A stretch of 64,000 nucleotides of DNA from Macrostomum lignano (taxonomy: Eukaryota). Under the pieces are notes generated by a model. The model worked only from the letters and a program-made list of their open reading frames with translations. It ran no database searches and was not told the origin of the DNA. The stretch is taken from the NCBI GenBank assembly GCA_002269645.1, contig NIVC01001938.1, positions 156,232 to 220,231 of the forward strand, read 5' to 3'. Within the stretch, counting starts at the first letter, position 1; the number at the start of each line of letters is the position of its first letter. The position numbers and the translations under genes were made by a program. This document shows, piece by piece, positions 59,530-64,000 of the stretch.

Positions 59530-62500
59530 CTCCTCTTCCCTCCTTTCCTCTCCTCTCCTCTCCTCTCCTCTCCTCTCCCCTCCTCTCCTCTCCTCTCCTC
59601 TCTTCTCCTCTCCTCTCCTCTCCTCTCCTCTCCTCTCCTCGCCTCTCTTCTCCTCGCCTCTCTTCTCCTCTCCTCTCCTCTCCTCTCCTCTTCTCTCATT
59701 CCTCTCTTCTCCTTCCTGTCCTCTCCTCTCCTCTCCTCTCTTCTCCTCTCCTCTCCTCTCCTCTCCTCTCCTCTCCTCTCCTCTCCTCTCCTCTCCTCTC
59801 CTCTCCTCTCCTCTCCTCTCCTCCCTCTCCTCTCCTCGCCTCTTCCCTCCTTTCCTCTCCTCTCCTCTCCTCTCCTCGCCTCTTCCCTCCTTTCCTCTCC
59901 TCTCCTCTCCTCTCTTCTCCTCTCCTCTCCTCTCCTCTCCTCTCCTCTCCTCGCCTCTTCCCTCCTTTCCTCTCCTCTCCTCTCCTCTCTTCTCCTCTCC
60001 TCCTCTCCTCTCCTCTCCTCTCTCCTCTCCTCTCCTCTCCTCTCCTCTCTTCTCCTCTCCTCTCCTCTCCTCTCCTCTCCTCTCCTCTCCTCTCCTCTCC
60101 TCGCCTCTTCCCTCCTTTCCTCTCCTCTCCTCTCCTCTCCTCTCCTCTCCTCTCCTCTCCTCTCCTCGCCTCTTCCCTCCTTTCCTCTCCTCTCCTCTCC
60201 TCTCTTCTCCTCTCCTCTCCTCTCCTCTCCTCTCTTCTCCTCTCCTCTCCTCTCCTCTCTTCTCCTCTCCTCTCCTCTCCTCTCCTCTCCTCTCTTCTCC
60301 TCTCCTCTCCTCTCCTCTCCTCTCCTCTCCTCTCCTCTCTCCCTGTCCTCCTCTCTTCTCCTCACCTCACCTCTCCTTCCTGTCCTCTCCTCTCCTCTCC
60401 TCTCCTCTCTCTCCTGTCCTCCTCTCTTCTCCTCTCCTCTCCTCTCCTCGCCTCTCTTCTCCTCTCCACTCTTCTCCTTCCTGTCCTCTTCTCTCCTCTC
60501 CTCTCCTCTCCTCTCCTCTCCTCTCCTCTCCTCTCCTCTCCTCTCCTGTCCTCCTCTCTTCTCCTCACCTCACCTCTCCTTCCTGTCCTCTCCTCTCCTC
60601 TCCTCTCCTCTCCTCTCCTGTCCTCCTCTCTTCTCCTCTCCTCTCCTCTCCTCTCCTCTCCTCTCCTCTCCTCTCCTCTCCTCTCCTCTCCTCTCCTCTC
60701 CTCTCCTCTCCTCTCCTCTCCTCTCCTCTCCTCTCCTCTCCTCTCCTCTCCTCTCCTCTCCTCTCCTCGCCTCTTCCCTCCTTTCCTCTCCTCTCCTCTC
60801 CTCTCCTCGCCTCTTCCTCCTTTCCTCTCCTCTCCTCTCCTCTCTTCTCCTCTCCTCTCCTCTCCTCTCCTCTCCTCTCCTCGCCTCTTCCCTCCTTTCC
60901 TCTCCTCTCCTCTCCTCTCTTCTCCTCTCCTCTCCTCTCCTCTCCTCTCCTCTCCTCTCCTCTCCTCTCCTCTCCTCTCCTCTCTTCTCCTCTCCTCTCC
61001 TCTCCTCTCTCTCCTCTCCTCTCCTCTCCTCTCCTCGCCTCTTCCCTCCTTTCCTCTCCTCTCCTCTCCTCTCCTCTCCTCTCCTCTCCTCTCCTCGCCT
61101 CTTCCCTCCTTTCCTCTCCTCTCCTCTCCTCTCTTCTCCTCTCCTCTCCTCTCCTCTCCTCTCCTCTCCTCTCCTCTCTCTCTCCTCTCTTCTCCTCTCC
61201 TCTCCTCTCCTCTCCTCTCCTCTCCTCTCCTCTCCTCTCCTCTCCTCTCTCTCTCCTCTCCTCTCCTCTCCTCTCCTGTCCTCCTCTCTTCTCCTCACCT
61301 CACCTCTCCTTCCTGTCCTCTCCTCTCCTCTCCTCTCCTCTCCTCTCCTGTCCTCCTCTCTTCTCCTCTCCTCTCCTCTCCTCGCCTCTCTTCTCCTCTC
61401 CACTCTTCTCCTTCCTGTCCTCTTCTCTCCTCTCCTCTCCTCTCCTCTCCTCTCCTCTCCTCTCCTCTCCTCTCCTCTCCTGTCCTCCTCTCTTCTCCTC
61501 ACCTCACCTCTCCTTCCTGTCCTCTCCTCTCCTCTCCTCTCTCTCCTCTCTCTGTCCTCCTCTCTCCTCTCTCTCCTCTCCTCTCCTCTCCTCTCCTCTC
61601 CTCTCTCTCCTCTCCTCTTCTCCTCTCCTCTCCTCTCCTCTCCTCTCCTCTCCTCTCCTCTCCTCTCCTCTCCTCTCCTCTCCTCTCCTCTCCTCTCCTC
61701 GCCTCTTCCCTCCTTTCCTCTCCTCTCCTCTCCTCTCCTCGCCTCTTCCCTCTTTCCTCTCCTCTCCTCTCCTCTCTCTCCTCTCCTCTCCTCTCCTCTC
61801 TCCTCTCCTCGCCTCTTCCCTCCTTTCTCTCCTCTCCTCTCCTCTCTTCTCCTCTCCTCTCCTCTCCTCTCCTCTCCTCTCCTCTCCTCTCCTCTCTCCT
61901 CTCCTCTCTTCTCCTCTCCTCTCCTCTCCTCTCCTCTCCTCTCCTCTCCTCTCCTCTCCTCGCCTCTTCCCTCCTTTCCTCTCCTCTCCTCTCCTCTCCT
62001 TCCTCTCTCTCCTCTCCTCGCCTCTTCCCTCCTTTCCTCTCCTCTCCTCTCCTCTCTTCTCCTCTCCTCTCCTCTCCTCTCCTCTCCTCTCCTCTCCTCT
62101 CCTCTTCTTTCTCCTCTCCTCTCCTCTCCTCTCCTCTCCTCTCTTCTCCTCTCCTCTCTCTCCTCTCCTCTCTCTCCTCTCCTCTCCTCTCCTGTCCTCC
62201 TCTCTTCTCCTCACCTCACCTCTCCTTCCTGTCCTCTCCTCTCCTCTCTCTCCTCTCCTCTCCTGTCCTCCTCTCTTCTCCTCTCCTCTCCTCTCCTCGC
62301 CTCTCTTCTCCTCTCCACTCTTCTCCTTCCTGTCCTCTTCTCTCCTCTCCTCTCCTCTCCTCTCCTCCTCTCCTCTCCTCTCCTCTCCTCTCCTGTCCTC
62401 CTCTCTTCTCCTCACCTCACCTCTCCTTCTGTCCTCTCCTCTCCTCTCCTCTCCTCTCCTCTCCTGTCCTCCTCTCTTCTCCTCTCCTCTCCTCTCCTCT

Positions 62501-64000
62501 CCTCTCCTCTCCTCTCCTCTCCTCTCCTCTCCTCTCCTCTCCTCTCCTCTCCTCTCCTCTCCTCTCCTCTCCTCTCCTCTCCTCTCCTCTCCTCTCCTCT
62601 CCTCTCCTCGCCTCTCCTCCTTTCCTCTCCTCCCTCTCCTCTCCTCGCCTCTTCCCTCCTTTCCTCTCCTCTCCTCTCCTCTCTTCTCCTCTCTCTCCTC
62701 TCCTCTCCTCTCCTCTCCTCGCCTCTTCCCTCCTTTCCTCTCCTCTCCTCTCCTCTCTTCTCCTCTCCTCTCCTCTCCTCTCCTCTCTCTCTCCTCTCCT
62801 CTCCTCTCCTCTCCTCTCCTCTCTTCTCCTCTCCTCTCCTCTCCTCTCCTCTCCTCTCCTCTCCTCTCCTCTCCTCTCCTCGCCTCTTCCCTCCTTTCTC
62901 TCCTCTCCTCTCCTCTCCTCTCCTCTCCTCTCCTCTCCTCGCCTCTTCCCTCCTTTCCTCTCCTCTCCTCTCTCTCTTCTCCTCTCCTCTCCTCGCCTCT
63001 CCTCTCCTCTCCTCTCCTCTCCTTCTCCTCTCTTCTCCTCTCCTCTCCTCTCCTCTCCTCTCCTCTCTTCTCCTCTCCTCTCCTCTCCTCTCCTCTCCTC
63101 TCCTCTCCTCTCCTCTCCTGTCCTCCTCTCTTCTCCTCACCTCACTCTCCTTCTGTCCTCTCCTCTCCTCTCCTCTCCTCTCCTCTCCTGTCTCCTCTTC
63201 TTCTCCTCTCCTCTCCTCTCCTCGCCTCTCTTCTCCTCTCCTCTCTCCTTCCTGTCCTCTTCTCCCTCTCCTCTCCTCTCCTCTCCTCTCCTCTCCTCTC
63301 CTCTCCTCTCCTCTCCTGTCTCCTCTCTTCTCCTCACCTCACCTCTCCTTCCTGTCCTCTCCTCTCTCTCCTCTCCTCTCCTCTCCTGTCCTCTCTCTCT
63401 TCTCCTCTCCTCTCCTCTCCTCTCCTCTCTCTCCTCTCCTCTCCTCTCCTCTCCCTCCTCTCTCCTCTCCTCCCTCTCCTCTCTTCTCCTCTCCTCTCCT
63501 CTCCTCTCCTCTCCTCTCCTCTCCTCTCCTCTCCTCTCCTCTCCTCTCCTTGCCTCTCCTCTCCTCTCCTCTCCTCTCCTCTCCTCTCCTCTCCACTCTT
63601 CTCCTCTCCTCTCCTCGCCTCTTCCTCCTTTCCTCTCCTCTCTCCCTCTCTTCTCCTCTCCTCTCCTCTCCTCTCCTCTCCTCCTCCTCGCCTCTTCCCT
63701 CCTTTCCTCTCCTCTCCTCTCCTCTCCTCTCCTCTCCTCGCCTCTTCCCTCCTTTCCTCTCCTCTCCTCTCCTCTCCTCGCCTCTTCCCTCCTTTCCTCT
63801 CCTCTCTCTCCTCTCTCTCCTCTCCTCTCCTCTCCTCTTCCTCTCCTCTCCTCGCCTCTTCCCTCCTTTTCCTCTCCCTCTCCTCTCCTCTCTTCTCCTC
63901 TCCTCTCCTCTCCTCTCTCTCTCTCCTCTCCTCTCCTCTCCTCTCCTCTCCTCCTCCTTCTCTCCCTCTCCTCTCCTCTCCTCTCCTCTCCTCTCCTCTC
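59530..64000. repeat. >=4.5-kb (CTCCT)n homopyrimidine tract with ~920-bp higher-order repeat, runs off the window end
   Basis: Almost purely C/T on the + strand, with recurring CCTCGCCTCTT, CCTGTCC and CTCACCTCAC variants. Confidence 0.99.

Noticed and set aside
59517-63596. (RRGEE)n minus-strand ORFs
   Set aside because: Translations of the (CTCCT)n tract.

Overview
Eukaryotic (animal) genomic DNA with five spliced protein-coding genes, modelled here from GT-AG junctions with consistent reading phase. They are a GT32-family glycosyltransferase (- strand, 4815-6107), RIOK1 (4 exons), ASCC3 (11 exons, ~2149 aa), a Lhx1/5 LIM-homeobox gene (6 exons) and an unrecognised low-complexity gene (~850 aa, 6 exons). 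The first 14 kb holds decayed DNA transposons (THAP/P-element-like, Tc1-like, and two TIR elements with full or partial target-site duplications), a RING/B-box remnant and a sharply CpG-depleted block. A tRNA-derived CORE-type SINE sits inside one intron. The dominant feature is tandem repeats: 16 of 24 modelled introns carry a tandem array, and almost every one has its own unit (4-46 bp). The arrays stop short of the splice sites, several share a GAATCGCCC core, and some are built from splice-signal-like sequence. Most long ORFs in the supplied track are translations of these repeats. The repeat-rich architecture and poly-A/Q/G proteins suggest a lophotrochozoan such as a Macrostomum-like flatworm; that attribution is an unverified inference. 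Array edges are approximate (+/- one unit).
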